Shown piece after piece: positions 1 through 9,581 of a stretch of 38,419 nucleotides of DNA (position 1 is the first letter of the stretch; each line of letters starts with the position of its first letter). A program made the position numbers and the translations under genes. Origin of the DNA: Gemmatimonadota bacterium (GTDB taxonomy: Bacteria > Gemmatimonadota > Gemmatimonadetes > Gemmatimonadales > Gemmatimonadaceae). Location: positions 1-38,419 of the forward strand of contig JANMLN010000026.1 in NCBI GenBank assembly GCA_031372565.1, given 5' to 3'. The notes under the pieces were generated by a model, which made no database searches, had not been told where the DNA came from, and saw only the letters and a program-made list of their open reading frames with translations.

Positions 1-90
1 GGGGGGGGGGCGCCCGCCCGGCCCCCCCCGGGCGTGTGCGGGGCCCTGGGGGGGGGGCGGCGGCCCCCCGGGGGGCGCGCCCCCCCCCAC
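1..90. other. Near-pure G/C homopolymer-rich low-complexity tract, probably low-quality contig-end sequence
   Basis: First ~90 nt are almost all G/C runs (e.g. G10) with very few A/T, unlike the rest of the window; it lies at the window edge. Confidence 0.6.
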
Positions 91-136
91 CGCTCCCCGC
101 TGTCCCAGCCGCGTCATCACGAGTGCTCGACTCTCC

Positions 137-517
137 ATGCCGATCCGCTACCACCTCGACAACGAATTGAACATCCGCGTCGCCACGTATTCGGGCGTCG
201 TCACCGACGACGTGCTGGTCGATGCGTGCCGCTCGCTGCTGAGCGACCCGTCGTATCGGCCCGAGGTGTACGGTCTGGCTGACCTCTCGTCCGTCGAACG
301 GCTCGACGTCTCGCAGCAGGCGCTCCTCCGGTGCATCGACATGTACGGCCCGATCGACGCGATGGGGGTCCACTCGCGCCTCGCGATCGTGGCACCGAGC
401 GACGTCACCTACGGCCTGTCGCGCATGTACGAGTTGCTGCGCGGCGATAACAGCCCGGAAGAGGTGCGCGTCTTCCGCGACGCCGACACCGCGCGTCACT
501 GGTTGCGGTCGGCCTAG
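137..517 (+). CDS. Small hypothetical protein, SpoIIAA-like / STAS-SEC14-like
   Basis: 126 aa of normal composition. The pattern 'LAIVAPSDVTYGLSRMYE...VRVFRDADTARHWL' resembles SpoIIAA-like small proteins. Confidence 0.6.
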   Translation: MPIRYHLDNELNIRVATYSGVVTDDVLVDACRSLLSDPSYRPEVYGLADLSSVERLDVSQQALLRCIDMYGPIDAMGVHSRLAIVAPSDVTYGLSRMYELLRGDNSPEEVRVFRDADTARHWLRSA

Positions 518-561
518 TCGACCCCTCGCGCGGCACGGGTCCGGTGCCGCAGCTTTCCCGC

Positions 562-1884
562 ATGACCGCGCCCACAGCCGCGGACCGCGTGCTCGGCCGC
601 GGTTCGCTGACCGCTCTCGTGCTGAATTCCATCGTCGGCTCGGGCGTGTTCGTGCTCCCCGGCACGATCGCCGGCATCCTTGGCTGGCAGGCACTCGGGG
701 CCTGGGGCACCGCGGCGATCATGATCGGGATCATGATCGCGTGCTTCGCCGAGGTAGCGTCGCGCTTCACCGGCGCGGGCGGGGCCTACCTGTACACGCA
801 GGCCGCCTTCGGCCCGTTTGTCGGCATCCAGATGGCCTGGCTCACCTACTTCGCGCGGTGCCTGAGTGCCGCGGCGCAGGCCAACCTGTTCTGCACCGCC
901 CTCGCAGAGTTCTTTCCGTGGGCAGCCACGCGCGGCGGACAGGTGACGCTCACCACGTTGTTCATCGGCACGCTCGCGGCGATCAACGTGCGCGGCACCG
1001 GCGCTGGCGCGCGCACGAGCAACGCCTTTGCCGTGATCAAGATTGCGGCGCTCGCGACGTTCGCATCCGCCGGGCTCGGCTTTCTGGTGTCGGGATACAG
1101 CACCATGCACACCAACCCGACCGACCCCACGGTGCACGGCTGGCTCTCGACCTTCCTGCTGCTGGTATTCGCCTACGGCGGCTTCGAGGGTGCGCTCATC
1201 CCGCTGGCCGAGGCCAAGGATCCGCGTCGAGATGCACCGGTTGCGCTGCTGACGGGGTTCGCGCTCGTGATCGTGCTGTACCTGGGGGTGCAGCTTGCGG
1301 TCCTCGTGATGGTGCAGGATCCGGCACACGCGCCGCGCCCGGTTGCGTTGGCGGCGCGGCACATGGCGGGCGCGCCCGGTGCGGTGGCCATCACGCTGCT
1401 CGTGGTGGCGTCGGTCTACGGTTGGATGGCGAGCAACATGCTCAACATGCCGCGCCTCACCGCCGCCATGGCCAACAATGGCGTCCTTCCGGCGTCGCTG
1501 GGCCGGTTGCATCCACGCTACCTGACGCCGTGGATCTCGATCATCCTGTTCGCGATCGTGTCATGGGCACTCGCGCTCACGGCGGGCCTGCTGCAGAACG
1601 TGAGTCTGGCAGCCGTGGCGCGACTCTTCCCGTATGCCGGGGTGTGCCTCACGCTGGTCGTCATGCGACGACGCGAAGCGCGCGGTGAGTCGCTGGGCGG
1701 CGCGGAGGCGGCGCGCTTCCAGTTGCCGGGTGGCTCGATCATCGGTGTACTGGGCGTGGTCGTGGCGCTCGGTATCGCCGCGCAGATGAACGGCCGCGAA
1801 CTGATCTCCATGCTGGCGGTCGTCTCCGCTGCGGGGGTGCACTGGGCGCTGTCGCGTCGCACGGCCGCAGTCACGGCGGCGTAG
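562..1884 (+). CDS. APC-family amino acid permease
   Basis: About 12 hydrophobic segments, with 'NSIVGSGVFVLP', 'GGAYLY' and 'FAYGGFE' motifs. ATG 562 is preferred over GTG 544. Confidence 0.9.
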   Translation: MTAPTAADRVLGRGSLTALVLNSIVGSGVFVLPGTIAGILGWQALGAWGTAAIMIGIMIACFAEVASRFTGAGGAYLYTQAAFGPFVGIQMAWLTYFARCLSAAAQANLFCTALAEFFPWAATRGGQVTLTTLFIGTLAAINVRGTGAGARTSNAFAVIKIAALATFASAGLGFLVSGYSTMHTNPTDPTVHGWLSTFLLLVFAYGGFEGALIPLAEAKDPRRDAPVALLTGFALVIVLYLGVQLAVLVMVQDPAHAPRPVALAARHMAGAPGAVAITLLVVASVYGWMASNMLNMPRLTAAMANNGVLPASLGRLHPRYLTPWISIILFAIVSWALALTAGLLQNVSLAAVARLFPYAGVCLTLVVMRRREARGESLGGAEAARFQLPGGSIIGVLGVVVALGIAAQMNGRELISMLAVVSAAGVHWALSRRTAAVTAA

Positions 1885-1918
1885 ATTCTGCGCTCGACCC
1901 ACTCCCGCTCGGAGCCCG

Positions 1919-2689
1919 ATGCATTTCGCTCACGCGATCGTTCGCCCGCCCGCCACAAATTTCGCCGACGGCATCACCATGGCCGACCTGGGCGCACCCA
2001 ACGTGGAGCGCGCTTTGGCCGAGCATGCGGCCTACTGCCGCGCACTCGAGGCGTGTGGCCTGACGCTCATGCGGTTGCCCGAAGATCCTGCGTACCCGGA
2101 TTCGACCTTTGTCGAAGACACGGCGGTGATCACGCCGAAGGTGGCCGTGCTCACGCGTCCGGGCCATCCGAGCCGACTCGGCGAAGCGGCGGCCATCGAA
2201 CCCGCGCTCGCAGCTCAGTTCACGTTGCACCGTATCGTCGAGCCGGGCACGGTGGATGGCGGCGACATCTGCGAAGCGGGGTCGCACGTGTTCATCGGGC
2301 TCTCCGAGCGCACCAACGAAGCGGGCGGACGGCAGTTGGCAGCCTACCTCGAAGCGGTGGGATACACGACGACGCTGGTGTCGTTCACGGCCGGCCCTGG
2401 GCTGTTGCACCTCAAGAGCGGTGTGAGCTGGGTCGGTGGGCGCGACCTGGTCATCGTCGACGCGCTCGCGCAGCACCCGGCCTTTGTCGGGTGGAACCTG
2501 TTGCGCGTGAGTGCCGGCGAGGAGTATGCCGCCAACTGCGTGCGCGTGAACGACCGCGTGCTGATCCCGACGGGGTTTCCGCACACCGACACGATGCTCA
2601 CCGCGCAGGGCTACCACACCTTGCCGCTCGACATGACCGAGTTCCGGAAGATGGACGGCGGCTTGAGCTGCCTGTCGCTCCGGTTCTGA
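1919..2689 (+). CDS. N(G),N(G)-dimethylarginine dimethylaminohydrolase (amidinotransferase superfamily)
   Basis: Motifs 'PDSTFVEDTAV', 'DGGD', 'LHLKSG' and C-terminal 'EFRKMDGGLSCLSLRF' carrying the catalytic Cys. Confidence 0.9.
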   Translation: MHFAHAIVRPPATNFADGITMADLGAPNVERALAEHAAYCRALEACGLTLMRLPEDPAYPDSTFVEDTAVITPKVAVLTRPGHPSRLGEAAAIEPALAAQFTLHRIVEPGTVDGGDICEAGSHVFIGLSERTNEAGGRQLAAYLEAVGYTTTLVSFTAGPGLLHLKSGVSWVGGRDLVIVDALAQHPAFVGWNLLRVSAGEEYAANCVRVNDRVLIPTGFPHTDTMLTAQGYHTLPLDMTEFRKMDGGLSCLSLRF

Positions 2690-2762
2690 GGCGGAGCACC
2701 GCATCTCGGTAGACGCCACCGTGCAGCTGCAACGTTGTCCTTCGCCTCATCTCGGAGTCGCC

Positions 2763-4100
2763 ATGTCACGGATCACGCTCGTTCGACTGCTCACCCGCTT
2801 CGTACCCGGGCTGATCGTCTGGCTCGCACCCACACTCGCCGAGGCGCAGCCCAAGCGCGCCGCTCCCGAGGTGACGGTGATCAAGGTGGCACGCCTGCTG
2901 GACGGCAACGGTGGTGCCGCGCTGAGTCCCGCCATGGTGCGCATCGAGGGGGACAAGATCGTGGCGGTGGGCGCACGGGTGGACATCCCCGCCGGTGCCC
3001 GCGTGATCGATCTCGGCAACGCCACCCTGACACCGGGGTGGATCGATCTGCACACGCACCTCACCACGCGCGGCGATGTGCACTGGGAGGATGGTCTCAT
3101 CAAGACGACGCCGCCAGACGACGCGCTGTGGGGGGCCAAGCACGCGCGCATGACACTGATGGCCGGCTTCACGTCGGTCCGCGACATGGGACCCACCTGG
3201 CCGCATGTGGATGTCGCGCTGCGCAATGCGATCAACGAAGGGGTCGTGCCCGGGCCGCGCATGCTGGTCGCGGGCGCATACGTGTCGTCCACCGGTGGCG
3301 CGGGCGATGCCTTGCAGTTCTCGCCGTATGTGCAGGTCCCGTCGGTCCACAACCTGGCCGACGGTCCCGTGGAAATCACCAAGCAGGTGCGCACGAACTT
3401 CAAGAATGGCGCCGACTTCATCAAGATCCTCGCGACGGGCGCCATCCTGTCCAAGGGGATTTCGCCCGGCGCGCAGCAGTACTCCGACGAAGAGCTTCGC
3501 GCGGCCGTCGTCGAGGCCACGCGCTGGGGCCGGCAGGTGGCCGCGCACGCGCACGGCGCCGAGGGCATCAAGGCGGCCATTCGCGCCGGCGTGCGCACGA
3601 TCGACCACGGATCGGCGTTGGACGACGAAGCGATCGCGCTCCTCAAGGCGGGCAACAACCGCACGTACTACGTCCCGACCATCGGTGTCGCCTTCGCGAT
3701 GCTCGACCAGGGCGACTCGGCGGTCATCCCCGCGAGCGAACTGGAGCGCGCGCGACAGATCCGCAGCGTGATGGACGCGGGGTTCAAGCGCGCGCTCGCG
3801 GCCGGTATTCCGATCGGGTGGGCGACGGACACGCCGGTCGTGCCGCATGGCCAGAACGCGCGCGAGTTCCGCTGGCGCGTGTCGCTCGGCGCCTCGCCCA
3901 TGAGCGTGCTGGTCTCGGCCACGCGCACGAACGCGGAGATACTCGGGCTGCAGGACAAGCTCGGCACGATCGCGGTCGGCAAGCTGGCCGACCTGGTCGC
4001 CGTGCCGGGCGACGTGTTGGCCGACATCAGCGCCACCGAGCGACCCGGCTTCGTGATGAAGGGCGGCGTGGTCGTCCGCGACGAGCTGGCGAAGCGGTAG
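2763..4100 (+). CDS. Secreted metal-dependent amidohydrolase (Xaa-Pro dipeptidase-like)
   Basis: Signal peptide; 'PGWIDLHTH', 'GADFIK', 'AAHAHG', 'DHG' and 'GKLADLVAV' motifs; GGAG upstream of ATG 2763. Confidence 0.88.
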   Translation: MSRITLVRLLTRFVPGLIVWLAPTLAEAQPKRAAPEVTVIKVARLLDGNGGAALSPAMVRIEGDKIVAVGARVDIPAGARVIDLGNATLTPGWIDLHTHLTTRGDVHWEDGLIKTTPPDDALWGAKHARMTLMAGFTSVRDMGPTWPHVDVALRNAINEGVVPGPRMLVAGAYVSSTGGAGDALQFSPYVQVPSVHNLADGPVEITKQVRTNFKNGADFIKILATGAILSKGISPGAQQYSDEELRAAVVEATRWGRQVAAHAHGAEGIKAAIRAGVRTIDHGSALDDEAIALLKAGNNRTYYVPTIGVAFAMLDQGDSAVIPASELERARQIRSVMDAGFKRALAAGIPIGWATDTPVVPHGQNAREFRWRVSLGASPMSVLVSATRTNAEILGLQDKLGTIAVGKLADLVAVPGDVLADISATERPGFVMKGGVVVRDELAKR

Positions 4101-4158
4101 TCGCCACGCACGCGCGGCTGGTGAACTGTGGTGCGGTTGCTGGTGTAGAGTTCACGCC

Positions 4159-5004
4159 ATGAAGCGTCCCACACGCCGTCAGTTCCTCAAGGGCACCGCC
4201 GCGGTGCTCGGCCCGCTCGCGGCCACCGGCCTGTATGCGTGGCAGATCGAGCCGCGCTGGGTGGCGCTGACGCGTCGTGTGCTGCCCATTGCCGGGTTGC
4301 CGCGTGCGCTCGAGGGCAAGACACTCGTGCAGATCACCGATGTGCATGTGGGAAGGTTGGTGAGCGACGCGTACGTGATGGGCGTTTTCCGCGACATTGC
4401 CCGTCTCGCCCCCGATATCGTGGTGCACACGGGCGACTGGACCTCGTTTCACGCCGGGATCGTGCCGCAGGCGGAGCGTGTGTACGCGGAGCTGCCGCGC
4501 GGGCGTCTCGCCACGATTGGTGTGCTGGGCAATCACGACTACGGGCACCTCTGGATCGACGCGCGTAATGCCGAGGCGATCACCGCCATGGCGACGCAGG
4601 CGGGGTGCACGCTGCTTCGGAACGCGGTGACCGAGGTCGAGGGGTTGCAGGTGGTGGGGCTCGATGACCTCTGGGCGGGAGCGTTCAACCCGCGCGCGGC
4701 CATGCGGCAGCTCGACCCGGCGCGGCCGATGCTGGCGCTCTCGCACAACCCCGACACGGTGGACCTGCCCGATTGGGGGCCGTTCCGCGGTTGGGTGTTG
4801 TCGGGCCACACGCACGGCGGGCAGGTGCGTGTACCGTTCCGCGGGCCTCCGGTGATCCCGGTGCGGAACAAGCGCTACACCGAAGGAGCGTTCGATTTGG
4901 CGGGTGAGCGACACATGCACATCTGTCGCGGCGTCGGGTTCACCATGCAGGTGCGGTTCAACGCGCGGCCCGAGGTGACGTTGTTCACGCTGGCGCGCGC
5001 GTGA
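4159..5004 (+). CDS. Calcineurin-like metallophosphoesterase with Tat-like N-terminus
   Basis: 'TRRQFLK' leader; DVH, TGD, GNHD, SHNPD and SGHTHGGQ motifs. Confidence 0.9.
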   Translation: MKRPTRRQFLKGTAAVLGPLAATGLYAWQIEPRWVALTRRVLPIAGLPRALEGKTLVQITDVHVGRLVSDAYVMGVFRDIARLAPDIVVHTGDWTSFHAGIVPQAERVYAELPRGRLATIGVLGNHDYGHLWIDARNAEAITAMATQAGCTLLRNAVTEVEGLQVVGLDDLWAGAFNPRAAMRQLDPARPMLALSHNPDTVDLPDWGPFRGWVLSGHTHGGQVRVPFRGPPVIPVRNKRYTEGAFDLAGERHMHICRGVGFTMQVRFNARPEVTLFTLARA

Positions 5005-5170
5005 CAGCTGCCGAGCGATCCAGCGCCCTTCGAGCCGAGTGACGAATGGTTGCTCTACCAGACCGTGTTGGCTGCGTTGCGCGCGGCCTCGCACAAAGAT
5101 GGCCTCGGCGAGGGCGATCTCGCACGTTTGGGCGCTGGACAGCCAACGGGTGCGGCAGTAGCTACCACGG

Positions 5171-5830
5171 ATGACATATCGCATCCGCTTCTGTGCCATC
5201 GCGCTCGCGTTCATCGTGCCCGGTTCGCTCGCCGCGCAGGGCGGCGGTCGCGTGCCCGGCTGGAAGGTCGCGTTCGACCATTCCGGGATCCCCGACACGG
5301 CCGCGAGCATGGGGGCGATGGCCCCCGGCTGGCACGTGAACGCGCTGAGTGGCGCACCGGGCGCGATCGCGTTTGATGCGAGCCTCGTGGCGCAGAAGAC
5401 GTTCACGCTCCAGAGTGAGATCTTCTACTTTGCCGATGGCGCGGCCGCAGGCGCTGGACTCATGATTGCGGGACGCGCGCTCGAGACGCAGGCGCCGCGC
5501 TTCGTGGCCTTCACCGTGTTTCCCAACGGACGGTTCACGATCGTGCGCATGGCTGGCGCTCGGCGCGAGGTGTTGGTGCAGCCGACCAAGGAAGCCGCGA
5601 TCAACACGCATCCGGGGGGCAAGGTGAACGTGAAGAACGTCCTGTCCATCGATGGCGACGAGAAGTGGGTCACCTTCAAGGTGAATGGCGTACAGGCCGC
5701 GCAGCTGCCGCGCGCGGTGGTGGATGCCGGCGGCGGCGTGGTCGGGCTGCGCCTCGAGCCGGGGGTCAACGCGCACATCGCCACCTTCCAGCTCGACGGC
5801 CGCAACGTGGCCCCGGTCACGGCACGCTGA
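5171..5830 (+). CDS. Secreted hypothetical protein, probably a beta-sandwich fold
   Basis: Signal peptide ending 'SLAAQ'; beta-strand-rich sequence; co-oriented with its neighbours. Confidence 0.65.
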   Translation: MTYRIRFCAIALAFIVPGSLAAQGGGRVPGWKVAFDHSGIPDTAASMGAMAPGWHVNALSGAPGAIAFDASLVAQKTFTLQSEIFYFADGAAAGAGLMIAGRALETQAPRFVAFTVFPNGRFTIVRMAGARREVLVQPTKEAAINTHPGGKVNVKNVLSIDGDEKWVTFKVNGVQAAQLPRAVVDAGGGVVGLRLEPGVNAHIATFQLDGRNVAPVTAR

Positions 5831-5849
5831 GCTGAATCGCAGGTCGCAC

Positions 5850-7475
5850 ATGCTGGTCCCCAAGCTCGTCACGACCCTCAAGGACTACGACCGAGCGCAG
5901 TTCATCGCCGATCTTGGCGCGGGGCTGATCGTGGGCGTGGTGGCGCTGCCGCTCGCGATCGCCTTCGGCATCGCGAGCGGGGTGACGCCGTCGGCTGGCC
6001 TCTGGACCGCGATCGTCGCCGGCTTCCTCATCTCCGCGCTCGGGGGTTCGCGCGTGCAGATCGGCGGCCCCACGGGCGCCTTCGTGGTGATCGTGGCCGG
6101 CATCGTCGAGAAGTACGGCATGGGCGGCTTGGCCACCGCCACGCTCATGGCCGGCGTGATGCTCGTGGCGTTCGGACTGCTGCGCTTCGGCAAGGTCATC
6201 CAGTTCTTCCCGCGCCCCGTGATCACCGGGTTCACGAGCGGCATCGCGGTGCTGATCGCGAGCGGACAAGTGAAGGACGCGCTCGGGCTGCGCATGGGGA
6301 CGCCGCCCGTGGCGTTCATCGAGAAGTGGCAGTCGTACGCGGCGCACCTGGGTGATGCGACGCCTGCGGCGATGCTGGTCTGTGCTGGCACCCTGCTCGT
6401 GCTCATCGTCTGGCCCAGGCTTTCGACCAAGGTGCCGGGGCCGTTCGTGGCGCTCGTGGCTGCCACGGTTGCCGTGAAGCTCATGGAGCTGCCCGTGGAC
6501 ACGATCGGCAGCCGCTTTGGTGCGCTGCCCACGGGATGGCCGAGCGCGCACGTGCCAGACCTGTCGATTGCCACGATGCGGGCGATGGTCGCACCGGCCT
6601 TCACCATCGCGCTGCTCGGCGGCATCGAGTCGCTGCTCTCGGCCGTCGTGGCCGATGGCATGATCGGAGGGCGGCATCGGCCGAACATCGAGCTCGTGGC
6701 ACAGGGAGTCGCGAACATCGTATCGCCATTGGTCGGTGGCATTCCGGCGACGGGTGCCATCGCGCGCACGGCCACCAACGCGCGGAACGGCGGCCGCACG
6801 CCGGTGGCGGGGCTTGTGCACGCACTCACGCTGCTACTCATCACCCTCTTTGCCGGGCAGTGGGCCGCGCTGGTGCCGATGAGCGCGCTCGCGGCCATTC
6901 TGCTCATCGTGGCGTATCACATGAGCGAATGGCGCACGGTGCGCGCCGAGATGAAGGCGCCGAAGAGCGATGCGGCCGTGCTGCTGATCACGATGGGGCT
7001 GACCGTGATCGTTGATCTGACGGTCGCGATCCAGGTTGGCCTCGTGCTCGCGTCGCTGCTGTTTGTGCGACGCATGGCGGGTGCCTCGAGCATCACGCCG
7101 CTGGTGGACGATGACGAGGGTGGCGATGCACCTCTGCGCGCGCCTCTCCCGGACGGCGTACAAGTCTTCGCGATGTCAGGCCCGTTCTTCTTCGGTGCCG
7201 TCGAGCAGTTCAAGGAGACGATGCGGCAGGTGGCGCGCAGGCCGCGCGTGCTGATCCTGCAGATGCGTGACGTACCGGTGATCGATGCGACGGCGATGCA
7301 CGCGCTGCGCGAGGTGATCCGTCAGAGCACGAAGGACGGGACGCGCGTGATGCTCGCGGAGGTCGGCGGCCAGCCGATGGAGGCGATGCAGCGCTCGGGG
7401 TTGGTGGAGGCGCTGGGGGCGGAGGCGTTCGCGCCGAGTCTGGAGTTCGCGATCGCGGCCGCGTCGTCGTCCTGA
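5850..7475 (+). CDS. SulP-family inorganic anion transporter with C-terminal STAS domain
   Basis: 'ADLGAGLIVGVVALPLAIAFGIASG', 'QIGGPTGAF', 'ESLLSAVVAD' and STAS 'GPFFFG...VPVIDATA'. Start is ATG 5850. Confidence 0.92.
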   Translation: MLVPKLVTTLKDYDRAQFIADLGAGLIVGVVALPLAIAFGIASGVTPSAGLWTAIVAGFLISALGGSRVQIGGPTGAFVVIVAGIVEKYGMGGLATATLMAGVMLVAFGLLRFGKVIQFFPRPVITGFTSGIAVLIASGQVKDALGLRMGTPPVAFIEKWQSYAAHLGDATPAAMLVCAGTLLVLIVWPRLSTKVPGPFVALVAATVAVKLMELPVDTIGSRFGALPTGWPSAHVPDLSIATMRAMVAPAFTIALLGGIESLLSAVVADGMIGGRHRPNIELVAQGVANIVSPLVGGIPATGAIARTATNARNGGRTPVAGLVHALTLLLITLFAGQWAALVPMSALAAILLIVAYHMSEWRTVRAEMKAPKSDAAVLLITMGLTVIVDLTVAIQVGLVLASLLFVRRMAGASSITPLVDDDEGGDAPLRAPLPDGVQVFAMSGPFFFGAVEQFKETMRQVARRPRVLILQMRDVPVIDATAMHALREVIRQSTKDGTRVMLAEVGGQPMEAMQRSGLVEALGAEAFAPSLEFAIAAASSS

Positions 7476-7556
7476 GCGGCGCTGTCGTCCTGAGCGAAGC
7501 GAAGGACCTGCTGTTCGCGCAACCGCACAAGCAGGTCCTTCGCTTCGCTCAGGACG
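7466..7556. repeat. REP-like locus A: partial copy plus inverted doublet
   Basis: GTCGTCCTGAGCG at 7466-7478 contains the SulP stop. Forward copy 7484-7512 and reverse copy 7530-7556 form a perfect 27-bp inverted repeat, and the reverse copy contains the solA stop. Confidence 0.95.
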
Positions 7557-8685
7557 TCAGGCGCGACAGCCCGAACGGCTCGATGTCGAACGCCGTCCCT
7601 CCATCGAGCAGCAGCTCCGCGCTCACCTCGCCGATCGCGCTCGCGAACTTGTAGCCGTGCCCCGAACACGGACTCGACACGAGCACCTGCGGATACTCCG
7701 GGTGATGGTCCAGCACGAAGTCGAGGTCCGGCGTGTTGGTGAAGCGGCACACCGCCATCTCGCGCATGGTGGCGGTGCGAATGGCCGGCAGCAGTTCACC
7801 GCACCGCTCGCGAATGAGCGCCAGGTCGGCGTCATCGGGCGTCTCGCGCACCGCGTTGCCGTCGATCGTGCGCTCCCCCTCGTGCATGACCGCCATCTTC
7901 ACGCCGCGCGCCAGCCGCGGAAAGCCGTATGTCATCTGCCCGGCCGCGTTGTCATAGGCCCAGATCGGACAGGACGGTGCGTCCCACTTCGCGTTGCCGA
8001 CATCGGGATCGAACCAGGCCAGCACCTGCCGCTCGACGGTGAGCGGGATGCGGAGTGACGCGACCAGCGGCGCGAGGTACGCGCCCACGCTCAGGCAGAG
8101 TTGGTCGGCGACGTAGGTGCCCTTCGCCGTCGTGACTCTCACGCCGTCGCCGTCGGGCGCCCAACGCAGGACCCCCTCGTCGAAGCGCAGGTCTGCTCCG
8201 TGCTGCCGCGCGAGCGCGTGATGCGCGGCGTTGCCCGCGTCCGGGTCAAGGTGGCCAGCGCGCGGATCGACGACACCGACGATCTGGTCGAGCGGCTTGA
8301 ACGCGGGGAACCGTGCGTGCATGTCGCGGGCATCGAGCACCTCGTACGGCAGGTTGTGCTCGCGCGCGCTGCGCAGCGTGCCCGTCACGATCTCGCTGTC
8401 CTTCGGTCCTGCCATCAGGCCGCCGGTAATCGTGAGGAGCGATGTGCCGGTCTGCTCCTCGAGTGACTCCCACAGCGCGTACGCACGCTGCACCAGCGGC
8501 ACGTACATCGGGTGCTCGAAGTACATCTCGCGGATGATGCGGCTGTCGCCGTGCGAGGAGCCGTGCGTGTGCCCCGGATGCCACCGTTCGAGCCCCAGCA
8601 CCTGCGCGCCGCGCAGTGCGCAGTGTGCGGCAGTCGCGCTCCCCATCGCGCCGAGTCCGGCGACGATCACATCGTAGCGTTCCAT
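7549..8685 (-). CDS. solA: N-methyl-L-tryptophan oxidase / monomeric sarcosine oxidase family flavoprotein
   Basis: 'GLGAMGSA' FAD motif, 'GSSHGDSRIIR', 'CRFTNTPD' (flavinylation Cys position) and 'CSGHGYKFAS'. The ORF-track N-terminal extension is repeat-derived. Confidence 0.88.
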   Translation of the reverse strand: MERYDVIVAGLGAMGSATAAHCALRGAQVLGLERWHPGHTHGSSHGDSRIIREMYFEHPMYVPLVQRAYALWESLEEQTGTSLLTITGGLMAGPKDSEIVTGTLRSAREHNLPYEVLDARDMHARFPAFKPLDQIVGVVDPRAGHLDPDAGNAAHHALARQHGADLRFDEGVLRWAPDGDGVRVTTAKGTYVADQLCLSVGAYLAPLVASLRIPLTVERQVLAWFDPDVGNAKWDAPSCPIWAYDNAAGQMTYGFPRLARGVKMAVMHEGERTIDGNAVRETPDDADLALIRERCGELLPAIRTATMREMAVCRFTNTPDLDFVLDHHPEYPQVLVSSPCSGHGYKFASAIGEVSAELLLDGGTAFDIEPFGLSRLTS

Positions 8686-8700
8686 CTTCGTTCTCCCGTT

Positions 8701-8770
8701 GTCGTCCTGAGCGCAGCGAAGGACCTGCTTGCGCAGTTCCACGGAGAAGCAGGTCCTTCGCTGCGCTCAG
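8701..8770. repeat. REP-like locus B: inverted doublet
   Basis: Forward copy 8701-8730. Reverse copy 8747-8770 is truncated at CTCAG, whose TCA is the stop of the 8767-9429 gene. Confidence 0.95.
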
Positions 8771-9429
8771 CGTGCCGTGCCGATACCCAACCGCCGCAGC
8801 GCATCCTCGAACCGCTGCAGCATCTTTCTCGACGGACCCTTCACCTGCACGTCCACGCCACCAAGGACCGCGAGCCCGGTCACGCGAATGAGCGGCGCGG
8901 TGGGATCATGCGTGCTCCGGTCGCGTCCACCCACGTCGAAGCCGCCGACGACACCGGCCCCCGTCACCTCGACCCGCACCCCCGGCGGAACGATCACCTC
9001 GACGCCTCCAAACGCGCACGTCACGTCGATCTCGCTCACACCGGCGCCAAAGCGCGCTTCGCGCAAGTCGATCGAGGCACCGCCGAGCATCGCGATGACC
9101 TTGAACCGGCGCGGCAACACCCAGCCGCCCTTCACCTCGAACCCGCCAAGCGCGGCGAGCATCGCGCTTCGCGGCGGCACCAGCTCGTCCGCGACGATGA
9201 GCGATGCCGTCGAATACCCGCTGCTCGGCGACAGCCCGGGCTCGAGGCCGGCGAGCGCACGCTCGAGCTCGGCCTGCGACGTCGCCTGATGCACCATCGC
9301 CATGCGGGCGTCGAGCGACTCGACCGTCAGCCGGTCGGCGACGAACATCGCCGAGAGCACCTCCGCGACCGCGCTGCGGTGGTCGTCGGAGATGGGAGTG
9401 CGCGGCAGAGAGTCCGGAGGAGACTTCAA
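8767..9429 (-). CDS. DUF1707 (SHOCT-like) + LiaF-like C-terminal domain protein, paralog A
   Basis: N-terminal 'SDDHRSAVAEVLSAMFVADRLTVESLDARM..AT..EL' matches the DUF1707 pattern; C-terminal 'GGASIDLREA..FGGVEVIVPPGVRV'. TTG start is uncertain. Confidence 0.8.
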   Translation of the reverse strand: MKSPPDSLPRTPISDDHRSAVAEVLSAMFVADRLTVESLDARMAMVHQATSQAELERALAGLEPGLSPSSGYSTASLIVADELVPPRSAMLAALGGFEVKGGWVLPRRFKVIAMLGGASIDLREARFGAGVSEIDVTCAFGGVEVIVPPGVRVEVTGAGVVGGFDVGGRDRSTHDPTAPLIRVTGLAVLGGVDVQVKGPSRKMLQRFEDALRRLGIGTAR

Positions 9430-9450
9430 CGGCGGGGGAGGAGGGGCGAG

Positions 9451-9560
9451 AAGCAGGTCCTTCGCTTTGCTCAGGACGACGGGGGGGGCGAGGGGCGAGA
9501 AGCAGGTCCTTCGCTTTGCTCAGGACGACGGGGGTGCAGTCCTTCGCTCTGCTCAGGATG
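9451..9560 (-). repeat. REP-like locus C: three direct copies in reverse orientation
   Basis: AAGCAGGTCCTTCGCTTTGCTCAGGACGAC at 9451-9480 and 9500-9529; a degenerate third copy at ~9536-9560. Confidence 0.93.
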
Positions 9561-9581
9561 GCTGGAGCGCGAAAAATGACG

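Noticed and set aside
1..90. G-quadruplex or other functional G/C tract
   Set aside because: It sits at the sequence edge with near-total loss of A/T, so low-quality base calls are more likely. This cannot be resolved without reads.
7484..7556. Inverted doublets as classical rho-independent terminators
   Set aside because: There are no U-tracts, and identical units also occur between tandem and divergent genes. An effect on mRNA stability is still possible.
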